Below, one piece after another: positions 48,652 to 56,670 of a stretch of 64,000 nucleotides of DNA (position 1 is the stretch's first letter; each line of letters starts with the position of its first letter). The position numbers and the translations under genes were made by a program. The notes under the pieces are model-generated. The model saw nothing but the letters and a program-made list of their open reading frames with translations, made no database searches and was not told the DNA's origin. This stretch comes from a virus. The stretch is taken from positions 1 through 64,000 of IMG/VR virus record IMGVR_UViG_3300037840_000188. One strand, given 5' to 3'.

Positions 48652-50607
48652 TTACTGGTCATAACAATAATTGAAACTTATAGTTCGGGTAGAACCCGCC
48701 GTGACGGTTGCCTTGATATTACCGGCTCCGTCGTAAGACAGGACGAAATCAGAACTGGAGTGAAGGTCTGTGGTGGATGACAGGCCAGTGTTAAACACAC
48801 TAACAGCTACATAACCATCGGTCCCATCCACCGCTCGAATATCGACCGTAGTGGCCGATGATGGAACAGTGATTATCGTAGTCGGGGTAGCCGTGCCAGG
48901 CACGTTAGTGGAACTTGTCTGGCAGGTTTGCTGATCGGTGTATATAGTACTGCCACTTGAATCAGCGACGAGCGGATTTCCCCGAACGGTGGGAAGCCCA
49001 TACAAATCGTTACTGGCAGAAATTATCGTTCGAAGCGCGGTTGCCGCGATGGATACAAATGCAGGACTGCCAGGGGCATGTGTAATTGTTGTCTCACCTC
49101 GGATGTCCACATTCTGCGCATTCGCAATTGATAAATTAGGCGTACCCGCGTGCCCGCTGTTTACGATTGCATCGGCAGAGAATCTCGCCGTTTGACCCAC
49201 CGGCGAACCGCCCTGAAGGCAGTTGAGGGTTGGATTGACGTTGAATACTATTCCGTAGATAGACTCAAAGTAATTATTTTCGGATACAAATGAGCAAGCC
49301 GCGTCCACACGAACTCCCTTTTGTCCGGTGTTTGCCAGAAGCCCATCGATAATATTATTCGTGAAAGTTATGTGTGGCGCGTTCACAGCCCCTAAGACTT
49401 CGTTCTGTACCTGTTGAAAATAATTGTTTTCTACCCTCCATCCATTTGGGCCTCCGTTGCTACCTGCAAGATTCAGTCCGATAGCTCGTTGCGAACTCGC
49501 GAAAAAGAAATTATGAGCGATAGTCCCGGCGAAGATACTCGTACCAGTATTAAGGGAGGCGGTCGAATTCATGGTATCAGGAATGCAATTCTCAAAGAAG
49601 TTTTGATCGATCTCCGGGCTCCGCGTCTGATCCACCCATAAACCCGTACTCGCCAGATTATTGCAGTCGAAAGCGATCCCATGAACGCGCGCCTGAAAGT
49701 CCTGCGAAGCGCCCTGAAGCCCCACAATCCTGCCATATTGTGCTCCAGTCCATTGGATGACGGTGCCAGGAGAGCCTCCATTGCCGAGCACCCCTTCGTC
49801 ATCGCAATCGTCACCTGTCGTCATATCCTTCACGAGATAAACGCTCGTCTGATAAATACCGGGAGAATACCTTACGACTCCACAGGGAATCTGAGAACGA
49901 GTCGCCAGAATAGCAGCACCAGAATCCGTCGATCCATCCGCACGAGCCCCGCGCCACTCCGGATACTGGATGCCGCCCGGCGCAAGGATTACGCAGGAGC
50001 CTCCAGCCGAGATATCGCAGATAGTCGACAAGCCTGCTAATGCAGCATCGAAGGTCACCGTTTGCCCGCTGGCCGGTTGTAATCTCCCAGTTGCCAGAAA
50101 AACCATTTGACAATTAAACACTTGCGTCGTGAGGCTTGCCCATGGTTTAGTTACATAAAGAGTGCCGTTTCCAGCCGCTGTACAGGCCGCTGTGATCGTT
50201 AAATAATTGACATCGCAGGTGGAATTTGCCGGGCAACCGCTCGTGCTTGTGATTGCGCCCCAGGTGAATGGGGCCGGTATTCCACCCCCCGAAAGGCTGA
50301 CATCATAAATACCATCAGGTGCGTAATATCCCCAGTACCCGGTTTTGGACGCAGTAAACGGATTGCTTAATGGCGTGATTCCGTTGTCGGAATAAAGAGT
50401 GGCGTGGGTCAGTGTCCCGGAGACGAAAACTGTGATTACGCACTGAGGATACGATTGTTGAACTTTAGTGGTTGATGGGACCGTTGAGGTAACTACTACC
50501 TGACCACCCTGCTGGCAATAACCAGAAGTCCTGGCCATCCCGAATACAGAGCCACAGAGAATCAAAGCGACAAAGGCAACCCGTGACAGCAGCCGAAAAA
50601 GTCCCAT
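48652..50607 (-). CDS. tailspike-like protein with right-handed beta-helix
   Basis: head-binding-like ATLYSDN..SNPFTA..GYWGYY..G.YDV; GARADGSTDSGAAI; Asn-rich NNxF repeats. Confidence 0.7.
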   Translation of the reverse strand: MGLFRLLSRVAFVALILCGSVFGMARTSGYCQQGGQVVVTSTVPSTTKVQQSYPQCVITVFVSGTLTHATLYSDNGITPLSNPFTASKTGYWGYYAPDGIYDVSLSGGGIPAPFTWGAITSTSGCPANSTCDVNYLTITAACTAAGNGTLYVTKPWASLTTQVFNCQMVFLATGRLQPASGQTVTFDAALAGLSTICDISAGGSCVILAPGGIQYPEWRGARADGSTDSGAAILATRSQIPCGVVRYSPGIYQTSVYLVKDMTTGDDCDDEGVLGNGGSPGTVIQWTGAQYGRIVGLQGASQDFQARVHGIAFDCNNLASTGLWVDQTRSPEIDQNFFENCIPDTMNSTASLNTGTSIFAGTIAHNFFFASSQRAIGLNLAGSNGGPNGWRVENNYFQQVQNEVLGAVNAPHITFTNNIIDGLLANTGQKGVRVDAACSFVSENNYFESIYGIVFNVNPTLNCLQGGSPVGQTARFSADAIVNSGHAGTPNLSIANAQNVDIRGETTITHAPGSPAFVSIAATALRTIISASNDLYGLPTVRGNPLVADSSGSTIYTDQQTCQTSSTNVPGTATPTTIITVPSSATTVDIRAVDGTDGYVAVSVFNTGLSSTTDLHSSSDFVLSYDGAGNIKATVTAGSTRTISFNYCYDQ

Positions 50608-50670
50608 GTCATTGATTATAGGGCCGTACTGGCTGAAAAGGCTTTACGGTAAATAGAAATGAAAAGCCCA

Positions 50671-51999
50671 TCAGGCTGCTGTGGTAGCCTTGCGTTCCAT
50701 GCGGTCCGGGCGCTGGGACTCCTCAAATTGCCACTGTGAGAAGGTCGGCTGGAAGTACCTGGCCTTGACTGCGAGGATCTGATTTCTCGATACGCAGGCC
50801 TTGGTGAAATTATCCAGGCCCTCTAATGTTTCCTGAAGTTCTTTGCCCCCGGATTTCAGTAATAGAACCGACAGCGCGTACTGCACGATCAGCGGAATAT
50901 CTTCCGGGCCTACTTGAATTGGATCTCCGAGCGCTGGCAACGGCGCTGCTGCAACCACATCCACTGCGACCGAGTACGCTTGATCTGGTATTCCCGCGAA
51001 TGCCAGAATGTCGTACATCTGGGCCGCCATCTGCGGCGGTCCGGGCTGATTGCGCCAATATGGGAAACCAGCGTCGATGTTCGCGAGAGTATCGAGTGGC
51101 AGCGGTATGCCGTTTAGCTGCAATCTAATGACGGATTTAGCTGTTCGCGCCATGTCTACAGCTTGCTGATAACGCTGAGCGCAGTACTGATACCTCAGAA
51201 CGTCATCGGTCTGACCGCCGGAAAATATAGACGCCAGCGCGCCATAGAGTACTCCATGAACCCACTCATCTGGAATATTCAACGTTGCATTCGGATTCGT
51301 GATATCGATTTCCAGTGAATCTACGGTGATAGCCTCAAGTGCGCTGGCGTTGACTGGCGCAGGCACGAGCTGCGCAGATAGTGGCGCATTCTCCGATTGG
51401 GAAAAGGCCACTGGCGATCCCGGTTGAAGAGTCCAGAGTTGATTATTGTGGTCAGTCGCCCACGCATCCTCGCGCCAGAGATTGGACCATGCACCTGAAG
51501 TCCCATCCTGAAGCGACAGCCGGTGAAGATAAACTGTGGTGTTGGGTAGCTGAATCAGCCCGTCGGGTGGCGTGACCGCGAAGTCCGTATTAGGATGAAT
51601 CGTAAACGGAAATTTGACGTCAATGACGAACGAATTCCGCACCCGCTGGATCGCGGTCAGGATATCGTTGACGGTGAGCTGGCCGGACATGCCGGTACCC
51701 GCAACACCGCTCGGGTTCTCCAGGAGCATGTATTGCATTTGCTGGCACAACTGATTAAGCGTCCAACTACGGGAACGCAGCGTGGGAAGAAGCGTCGAGA
51801 GATCGTACCACGGCGTCTGTGGGCCGATGGTGATTACGCCGCGCTGCCGCCACGCCGACGTGAGAGCACCAAACACCCTCAGGGCTTCGTAGATGGCGTA
51901 TTGGACCTCTGCGGTGACGTAAAATGCCCCGCTCGGGTCATCGAGGATGGTTTGAATCTGGGTGATGAGCGCGGATAATGTGACCTGAGTGTAAGCCAT
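50671..51999 (-). CDS. putative head-tail adaptor
   Basis: TLSALITQIQTILDD; NIPDEWVHGVLYGAL; position upstream of tail genes. Confidence 0.5.
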   Translation of the reverse strand: MAYTQVTLSALITQIQTILDDPSGAFYVTAEVQYAIYEALRVFGALTSAWRQRGVITIGPQTPWYDLSTLLPTLRSRSWTLNQLCQQMQYMLLENPSGVAGTGMSGQLTVNDILTAIQRVRNSFVIDVKFPFTIHPNTDFAVTPPDGLIQLPNTTVYLHRLSLQDGTSGAWSNLWREDAWATDHNNQLWTLQPGSPVAFSQSENAPLSAQLVPAPVNASALEAITVDSLEIDITNPNATLNIPDEWVHGVLYGALASIFSGGQTDDVLRYQYCAQRYQQAVDMARTAKSVIRLQLNGIPLPLDTLANIDAGFPYWRNQPGPPQMAAQMYDILAFAGIPDQAYSVAVDVVAAAPLPALGDPIQVGPEDIPLIVQYALSVLLLKSGGKELQETLEGLDNFTKACVSRNQILAVKARYFQPTFSQWQFEESQRPDRMERKATTAA

Positions 52000-52074
52000 C
52001 TCATTTGATGATACTCAGGGCTGACGCCTCAAGCGCAATCAATAGTTTTCGACGCTGCCCTGCGGAGGCTGTAT

Positions 52075-52383
52075 TCATCTCGCTTTGATTTCATGACGAT
52101 GCTTCATGTCCTCATCGCTAACGAATTTCAGAGAGCCGAGAGATTCCCTTCGCGCATCATTGAGATGTCGGTCGTGAAGTTGATTGTAACGATGCATCCA
52201 GTTACGTGCGATCCCCTCGCTGGACTCTGCCTTGCGTAACGCAGCGCGTATTTCCATATTTTTTGCGAGGATCTCCTTTTGAAGCTCTAAGGCGTGGTGG
52301 CGGTAGCCTTCTACCTTATCCAAAAGCTGCCTTTTACGCACGTCGGCGTAGCGCTTTTCAAGCCAAGTATAGAGGCGATACAT
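52075..52383 (-). CDS. hypothetical coiled-coil protein
   Basis: ORF. Confidence 0.45.
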   Translation of the reverse strand: MYRLYTWLEKRYADVRKRQLLDKVEGYRHHALELQKEILAKNMEIRAALRKAESSEGIARNWMHRYNQLHDRHLNDARRESLGSLKFVSDEDMKHRHEIKAR

Positions 52384-52388
52384 CGCGC

Positions 52389-52592
52389 TTACTTCCCGGC
52401 CTTGTCCGTGTTCTTGCCGCTCGCCGGGCCTTCGATGAAGCCGCCGTCTTTGGAGGCGTTCTTGCCGATGGTGGATGAATTTGGGTAGATTTTCGTGGGC
52501 GCTTGCAGTGCATCGCCGCTCGGACCGCTACCACCGTTATACCCGGCGGGTCCGACTATTCCCGACTTTGACTCTGTTTTTTCTTCGGCCAT
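52389..52592 (-). CDS. hypothetical protein
   Basis: AGGAG RBS before MAEEK. Confidence 0.45.
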   Translation of the reverse strand: MAEEKTESKSGIVGPAGYNGGSGPSGDALQAPTKIYPNSSTIGKNASKDGGFIEGPASGKNTDKAGK

Positions 52593-52627
52593 GTTAGAGG
52601 TGCTCCTGACGGCTATCGTAACACGAA

Positions 52628-52667
52628 TGGAGGCCCCGGCTGGCATCGAAGCAGCCTTTATGCGGCA
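52628..52667 (-). pseudogene. tRNA 3' half remnant (possibly Cys)
   Basis: GCTGC-TTCGATG-CCAGC T-arm plus CGGGGCC-T-CCA; 5' half absent. Confidence 0.45.
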
Positions 52668-53368
52668 GTATTGATAGTGGCGGGCGATGAAGGATTCGAA
52701 CCCTCTGCCTCGGAGATAGAAGCTCCGCGCTCTGGTCCAGATGAGCTAATCGCCCGTAAATCAAGCAACCCGTGATCAAATTCCCAATGGCAATTACGGC
52801 AGAGCTGAACTACATTCTTCCTCGCGTTGGCGGTTGCAACAGTAGCGTCATCGGGAAATTTAGAGAGCGGGATTATGTGCGCCAATTCAACGTGACGAGA
52901 ATATCCACAGGCAGCACATGGCTTACTCAATATGTCGACATGTAGATGTCGCGCCATTTCACGGATCTGGCTATCCTTCCACGAAGGATGTTTCACTGTA
53001 TCTCTCGTACGGAACTCTCCAAGGGTCATGGACTGTCGTTCCACGAATTTAAAATGTCCAGCGCAGCGAATGCAGGCGCTTGAATAATAATCCATCCTGC
53101 GTCCGCATGCGCAAATCTTTTTATTCTCTTTCCGCCATTTACGGACACGCTCAACATTGCGCGCTTTTGCATTTTCCCTCCTTTCCGTTTTTATTGCCTC
53201 CTGACAACCATGGCAATGCAATGTGCGCGTGCTCAATACGATCCCGCATCGCCCACAATGACCTTCTGGCTTTCTCTTGGGGAATGCTTTGTCGTTATAG
53301 ATTGCGGCACATGAGCGACCGCAAAATTTTGGGTTCAGGGTTTTCTTCGAGCAATTCAAACAGTCCAT
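52658..53368 (-). CDS. HNH endonuclease with N-terminal Zn fingers
   Basis: CAACG..ELAHIIP..N..LCRNCHWEFD; frame runs through tRNA-Arg(TCT). Confidence 0.8.
   Translation of the reverse strand: MDCLNCSKKTLNPKFCGRSCAAIYNDKAFPKRKPEGHCGRCGIVLSTRTLHCHGCQEAIKTERRENAKARNVERVRKWRKENKKICACGRRMDYYSSACIRCAGHFKFVERQSMTLGEFRTRDTVKHPSWKDSQIREMARHLHVDILSKPCAACGYSRHVELAHIIPLSKFPDDATVATANARKNVVQLCRNCHWEFDHGLLDLRAISSSGPERGASISEAEGSNPSSPATINTAA
52678..52755 (-). tRNA. tRNA-Arg(TCT)
   Basis: CGGAG-CTTCTAT-CTCCG arm, GGTTCGAATCC, CCA. Confidence 0.9.
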
Positions 53369-53385
53369 TATTTATTTATAATTTT

Positions 53386-53462
53386 TGGTGATCGCGCGCA
53401 GATTCGAACTGCGGGCCTGTCGCTTAGGAGGCGACCGCTCTGTCCTGCTGAGCTACGCGATC
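53386..53462 (-). tRNA. tRNA-Arg(CCT)
   Basis: GTCGC-CTCCTAA-GCGAC, CCA. Confidence 0.9.
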
Positions 53463-53702
53463 AAGCTTTTCGAGCCACACATCCTCACACTGCTGCGAAC
53501 AGAATACAGGCTCTGACGGCAGTGCGCATTGAGCACAGAATCCAACGAGTCGCGGGATCTGAATCCAACGACCCGTCGGCGTCGCCACTACAGAACCATA
53601 CGGGACATCAAGCCGCTTCGCTATGGCGCGGACCTGCCTCTCGGTCGCGCCAGACGTTACGACTTGTCTTCCATCATTATTGTGATGGCGGCGGAATTTC
53701 AT
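53424..53702 (-). CDS. hypothetical protein
   Basis: coupled to HNH stop; CxxC..FCSxxC. Confidence 0.45.
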   Translation of the reverse strand: MKFRRHHNNDGRQVVTSGATERQVRAIAKRLDVPYGSVVATPTGRWIQIPRLVGFCAQCALPSEPVFCSQQCEDVWLEKLDRVAQQDRAVAS

Positions 53703-54253
53703 TGCACCACCTCTCCCTGCGGAGTATCGTTCTTATACCACAGGTACCGCTGCCAATCAGGGCGGTCGAGGGCTGCTTCCCTCAACATGAAACGCGAACT
53801 GAATACCGTATACGGCAGTGGCTTGCGCAGCAGCTTCATTCCGGCCTCTTCTGGCGTGCGGTCCGCCTTGCGGTGGTTGCAGGGCTGGCAGCAGGCCACG
53901 AGGTTTTCGTACGACGATGCGCCTCCCCTGCTTCGCGGAATCACGTGATCGAGGGTCAATTCGAACGCGCCCTTGATCTTTCCGCAGTACAGACATTGAT
54001 GCCGGTCGCGCGTGAGGATTCCACGGCGACTTATCATCCGCGTACGGCGCGGCACCCGGCGATACCTCGTCAGGCGGATTACCGATGGCACGAGATGCGA
54101 ACGGTGGCCGCTATGGACCTTGATCTCGGATACCTCTTCCATTTCGGCTGCACCCTTTGCAAGGAGTACGAACGCACGACGAGCGTTGATGATGGCGGTC
54201 GGCTCGAATGCGGCGTTAAGTTCAAGCACTGGAATTTTACGGAGGTCGGTCAT
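53699..54253 (-). CDS. HNH endonuclease (McrA-like)
   Basis: LNAAFEP, PSVIRL, RDRHQCLYCG, TLDHVIPRSRGG, NLVACCQPCNHRK. Confidence 0.9.
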   Translation of the reverse strand: MTDLRKIPVLELNAAFEPTAIINARRAFVLLAKGAAEMEEVSEIKVHSGHRSHLVPSVIRLTRYRRVPRRTRMISRRGILTRDRHQCLYCGKIKGAFELTLDHVIPRSRGGASSYENLVACCQPCNHRKADRTPEEAGMKLLRKPLPYTVFSSRFMLREAALDRPDWQRYLWYKNDTPQGEVVQ

Positions 54254-54275
54254 TGTTGTTCTCTTCAAGTTTAAA

Positions 54276-54353
54276 TGGTATGCCCGGAGAGACTCGAACT
54301 CTCGCACTATTGGTTAAAAGCCAATTGCTCTGAAGCCGCTGAGCTACGGGCAC
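54276..54353 (-). tRNA. tRNA-Lys(TTT)
   Basis: ATTGG-CTTTTAA-CCAAT, CCA. Confidence 0.9.
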
Positions 54354-54359
54354 GTGAAA

Positions 54360-54434
54360 TGGGAGCCCCTGAGAATTTTGAAATCTCGACCCTCTCTGTG
54401 TAAAAGAGACGCTCTGCCTCTGAGCTAAGGGGCT
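54360..54434 (-). tRNA. tRNA-Val(TAC)
   Basis: TCTCT-TTTACAC-AGAGA, CCA. Confidence 0.85.
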
Positions 54435-54440
54435 GTAAAG

Positions 54441-54517
54441 TGGTGGCGCTTGTTGGTATCGAACCAACCACCCTCGGATTATGAGTCCGCTGCTCTAACC
54501 GTCTGAGCTAAAGCGCC
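54441..54517 (-). tRNA. tRNA-Met/Ile2(CAT)
   Basis: CGGA-CTCATAA-TCCG, CCA. Confidence 0.88.
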
Positions 54518-54521
54518 GATC

Positions 54522-54608
54522 TGGCTCCGTGCCGTGGACTCGAACCACGAGATGAGAATTAACTCGGCGCATTAACAGTGCGCTGCCATGCCATTAGGCG
54601 AGCACGGA
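54522..54608 (-). tRNA. tRNA-Asn(GTT), long variable arm
   Basis: GCGCA-CTGTTAA-TGCGC; extra arm with GAG-TTAATT-CTC hairpin. Confidence 0.8.
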
Positions 54609-54617
54609 ATAAAGCTT

Positions 54618-54695
54618 TGGTGAACGCGGTCGGCATCGAACCGACGACCTTCTCCTTAAGAGGGAGATGCTGCTACCGCACTGAGCTACGCGTTC
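54618..54695 (-). tRNA. tRNA-Lys(CTT)
   Basis: TCTCC-CTCTTAA-GGAGA, CCA. Confidence 0.9.
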
Positions 54696-54704
54696 ACAAA
54701 AACT

Positions 54705-54780
54705 TGGTAGAGATGACGGGATTTGAATCCGTGTTCTCGCCGTGAAAGGGCGATGTGCTGGACCGCTGCACTACATCTCC
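54705..54780 (-). tRNA. tRNA-Glu(TTC)
   Basis: TCGCC-CTTTCAC-GGCGA, CCA. Confidence 0.88.
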
Positions 54781-54915
54781 GTGTTAAACTGAAACCTAAA
54801 TCAGACGACGCTCTTCACCGCGTAACCTGGACGCGCCGCCTCACTGAAAGATCCGAAACGCTCATCGGAGTACGCGGCGATGGTGAAGTGCTTTCGGATC
54901 TGCTTCCCAAAAAAA

Positions 54916-54992
54916 TGGCGACGCTGGTGAGGCTCGAACTCACGCATCTTCTGATTGAGGGTCAGACGGCTTACCTGTTTGCCCACAGCGTC
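54916..54992 (-). tRNA. tRNA-Glu(CTC)
   Basis: TCTGA-CCCTCAA-TCAGA, CCA. Confidence 0.8.
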
Positions 54993-55065
54993 AAAAAAAT
55001 AGGCTGCCGGATGACCCACGGCATTTCCCGGTCACGCCTGTCACGCACGACCTTCGGCCTCGATA

Positions 55066-55140
55066 TGGCGGGGATGACGGGTGCTGGCCCCGCTTCGTTT
55101 CCGTAGACAGCGGAATGCATATCTGATCTGCCACATCCCC
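55066..55140 (-). tRNA. tRNA-Asp(GTC), non-canonical T-loop
   Basis: TTCCG-CTGTCTA-CGGAA; T-loop GCCAGCA; CCA. Confidence 0.7.
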
Positions 55141-55145
55141 AAATC

Positions 55146-55223
55146 TGGTGATCCTGCCGTGACTTGAACACGGGACCTCTCGGTTCGCAACCGAACGCGC
55201 TAATCCATCTGCGCCACAGGATC
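55146..55223 (-). tRNA. tRNA-Arg(GCG)
   Basis: TCGG-TTGCGAA-CCGA, CCA. Confidence 0.85.
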
Positions 55224-55227
55224 AAAA

Positions 55228-55306
55228 TGGGAGTCCCGAGAGGATTTGAACCTCCAACTGACCCGCGTTCGAAGCGCGGCGCTCTGGTCCGTTGAGCTAC
55301 GGGGCC
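55228..55306 (-). tRNA. tRNA-Arg(TCG)
   Basis: CCGCG-CTTCGAA-CGCGG, CCA. Confidence 0.85.
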
Positions 55307-55314
55307 GAAAAATT

Positions 55315-55391
55315 TGGCGAGCACGGATGGATTTGAACCACCGAATGTCAGGGCCAGAGCCTGATGCCTTAAGCCGCTTGGCGACGTGCCC
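55315..55391 (-). tRNA. tRNA-Gln(CTG)
   Basis: TCAGG-CTCTGGC-CCTGA, CCA. Confidence 0.88.
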
Positions 55392-55397
55392 GTGAAC

Positions 55398-55473
55398 TGG
55401 CGGGGAGTGGGGGATTCGAACCCATCCATACTGAGATCCAAAGGCTCAGGTCCTGCCATTAAACGAACTCCCC
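55398..55473 (-). tRNA. tRNA-Gln(TTG)
   Basis: TGAG(C)-CTTTGGA-(T)CTCA, CCA. Confidence 0.8.
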
Positions 55474-55480
55474 TAGATAA

Positions 55481-55557
55481 GGGTGGCCGATGGGATTTGA
55501 ACCCATGAGTAGATGCTCCACAGGCATCTGCCTTAGACCAGACTTGGCGACGGCCAC
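55481..55557 (-). tRNA. tRNA-His(GTG)
   Basis: GATGC-CTGTGGA-GCATC; G-1; CCA not encoded. Confidence 0.85.
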
Positions 55558-55560
55558 ATT

Positions 55561-55636
55561 TGGTGCTGAAGGAGCGAATCGAACGCTCGTTGCTGGGGTT
55601 TCAAGCCAGTGCCGTGACCATGTAGGCTACTTCAGC
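55561..55636 (-). tRNA. tRNA-Phe(GAA)
   Basis: CTGG(C)-TTGAAAC-(C)CCAG, CCA. Confidence 0.82.
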
Positions 55637-55640
55637 GAAA

Positions 55641-55716
55641 TGGTGGAATCGGAGCGAATCGAACGCTCGGCCTCCGGAGTGCAAAACCGGCGCTCTCCCA
55701 TCTGAGCTACGACCCC
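55641..55716 (-). tRNA. tRNA-Ala(TGC)
   Basis: CCGG(T)-TTTGCAC-(T)CCGG; G3:U70; CCA. Confidence 0.88.
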
Positions 55717-55724
55717 GTGAAAAT

Positions 55725-55802
55725 TGGTGGCGGTGATTGGATTTGAACCAATGGCCTGAAGCTTATGAGGCTTCCGCGCTGACCAGACTGCGCTACACCG
55801 CT
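55725..55802 (-). tRNA. tRNA-Met(CAT), initiator-like 1:72 mismatch
   Basis: GAAGC-CTCATAA-GCTTC; A1:C72. Confidence 0.8.
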
Positions 55803-55812
55803 CTGAAGCTTT

Positions 55813-55857
55813 TGGTGCAGATAGAAAGGATTGAACTTTCGACCTCACCCTTATCAG
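55813..55857 (-). pseudogene. tRNA-Ile(GAT) 3' part, interrupted by IS
   Basis: CTGATAAG-GGTG..GAAAGTTCAATCCTTTC-TATCTGC-ACCA. Confidence 0.88.
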
Positions 55858-55884
55858 GGTAATTATATAGTTGGCTAAGTGATT

Positions 55885-56172
55885 TCAGGTTCGCCGGGAA
55901 TTCAAGCCAGCGCAATATCCGCAGTTCTGCCAGCCATCGGTTCCAAAAGTTCGATCCAGCCATTCTTTCGCGGCATTCCTGTCTTGTGAATAATATTTTG
56001 GATGCTGTGTGGTGGTAGCACTTACGGACTCGCAACTGGCGTGATGAACTTTACGGGACTCTGGACGTTCATTTAGAACAAAGCCGCGCTGTTCGACTTT
56101 GATGAGGTTGAGTTCCTGATTTGTGGCGATCCGATCCATCGGGAAATTATACTCCCGATTTTGAATCCCCAA
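55885..56172 (-). CDS. IS passenger hypothetical protein
   Basis: GFVLN..KVHHASC..WQNCGYC. Confidence 0.5.
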   Translation of the reverse strand: MGIQNREYNFPMDRIATNQELNLIKVEQRGFVLNERPESRKVHHASCESVSATTTQHPKYYSQDRNAAKEWLDRTFGTDGWQNCGYCAGLNSRRT

Positions 56173-56178
56173 AAGGCT

Positions 56179-56367
56179 TCAGGATGCCTTCTTCGCCCGC
56201 CGTCTCGCCCGCGACCGCTTCAGCCGCGCTTCTTCCTTAACAACGGCTTCCTTCGGGATCGTCAGCGAGTGACGGAACATGCGGTCGAAGTTCTGGAACT
56301 GGTCAGGGCCCTCACAGCGCAGTGCAATGTCCGTGATGGTTTCGGCCTGCGTCGGTTCGTGCTTCAT
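56179..56367 (-). CDS. small IS1595-associated protein
   Basis: GAGG RBS; FQNFDRMFRHSLTIPKE resembles 62755-63000. Confidence 0.55.
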   Translation of the reverse strand: MKHEPTQAETITDIALRCEGPDQFQNFDRMFRHSLTIPKEAVVKEEARLKRSRARRRAKKAS

Positions 56368-56400
56368 GTACGCCTCATGCCGCTTCCATAATAACCCGTT

Positions 56401-56670
56401 TCAAAGTTCCGGTAGTTTGGTCTTTTCGATGGACAGAAAGTAAACGTGGTCTGCGTCGAAAGTGTAGTAGAGCGCAGCATCAACCGTGTGGCCGCAAATG
56501 AACCATACCTGAGAGCCTTCCAATGGGCAACCCGCCTCCGGGTCTCGTGACAGGATTGTCTCAGCGCCTTCCATGAACTCGTCTGCCCTGCGAACGATTG
56601 GCTCGATGTAGTCCATCTCAAGCTCAAACCGGTGGTCACGGATGATGGTCCTGATTTTATCCGTGGGCAC
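56401..56670 (-). CDS. RelE/ParE-like toxin candidate
   Basis: 89 aa; L..DPEAG..L, LYYTFDADHVYFLSI; overlaps Panacea gene end. Confidence 0.5.
   Translation of the reverse strand: MPTDKIRTIIRDHRFELEMDYIEPIVRRADEFMEGAETILSRDPEAGCPLEGSQVWFICGHTVDAALYYTFDADHVYFLSIEKTKLPEL

Noticed and set aside
52628-52667. tmRNA 3' end
   Set aside because: No matching 5' acceptor strand or tag ORF was found upstream; treated as a tRNA remnant.
52678-52755. Amber suppressor reading (CTA) of the anticodon loop
   Set aside because: The 5-bp stem fixes a 7-nt loop CTTCTAT with TCT central. TAG is also used as a normal stop in the window, so there is no sign of recoding.
54723-55848. ORFs predicted across the tRNA cluster
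   Set aside because: They overlap well-formed tRNA genes and show no protein motifs.
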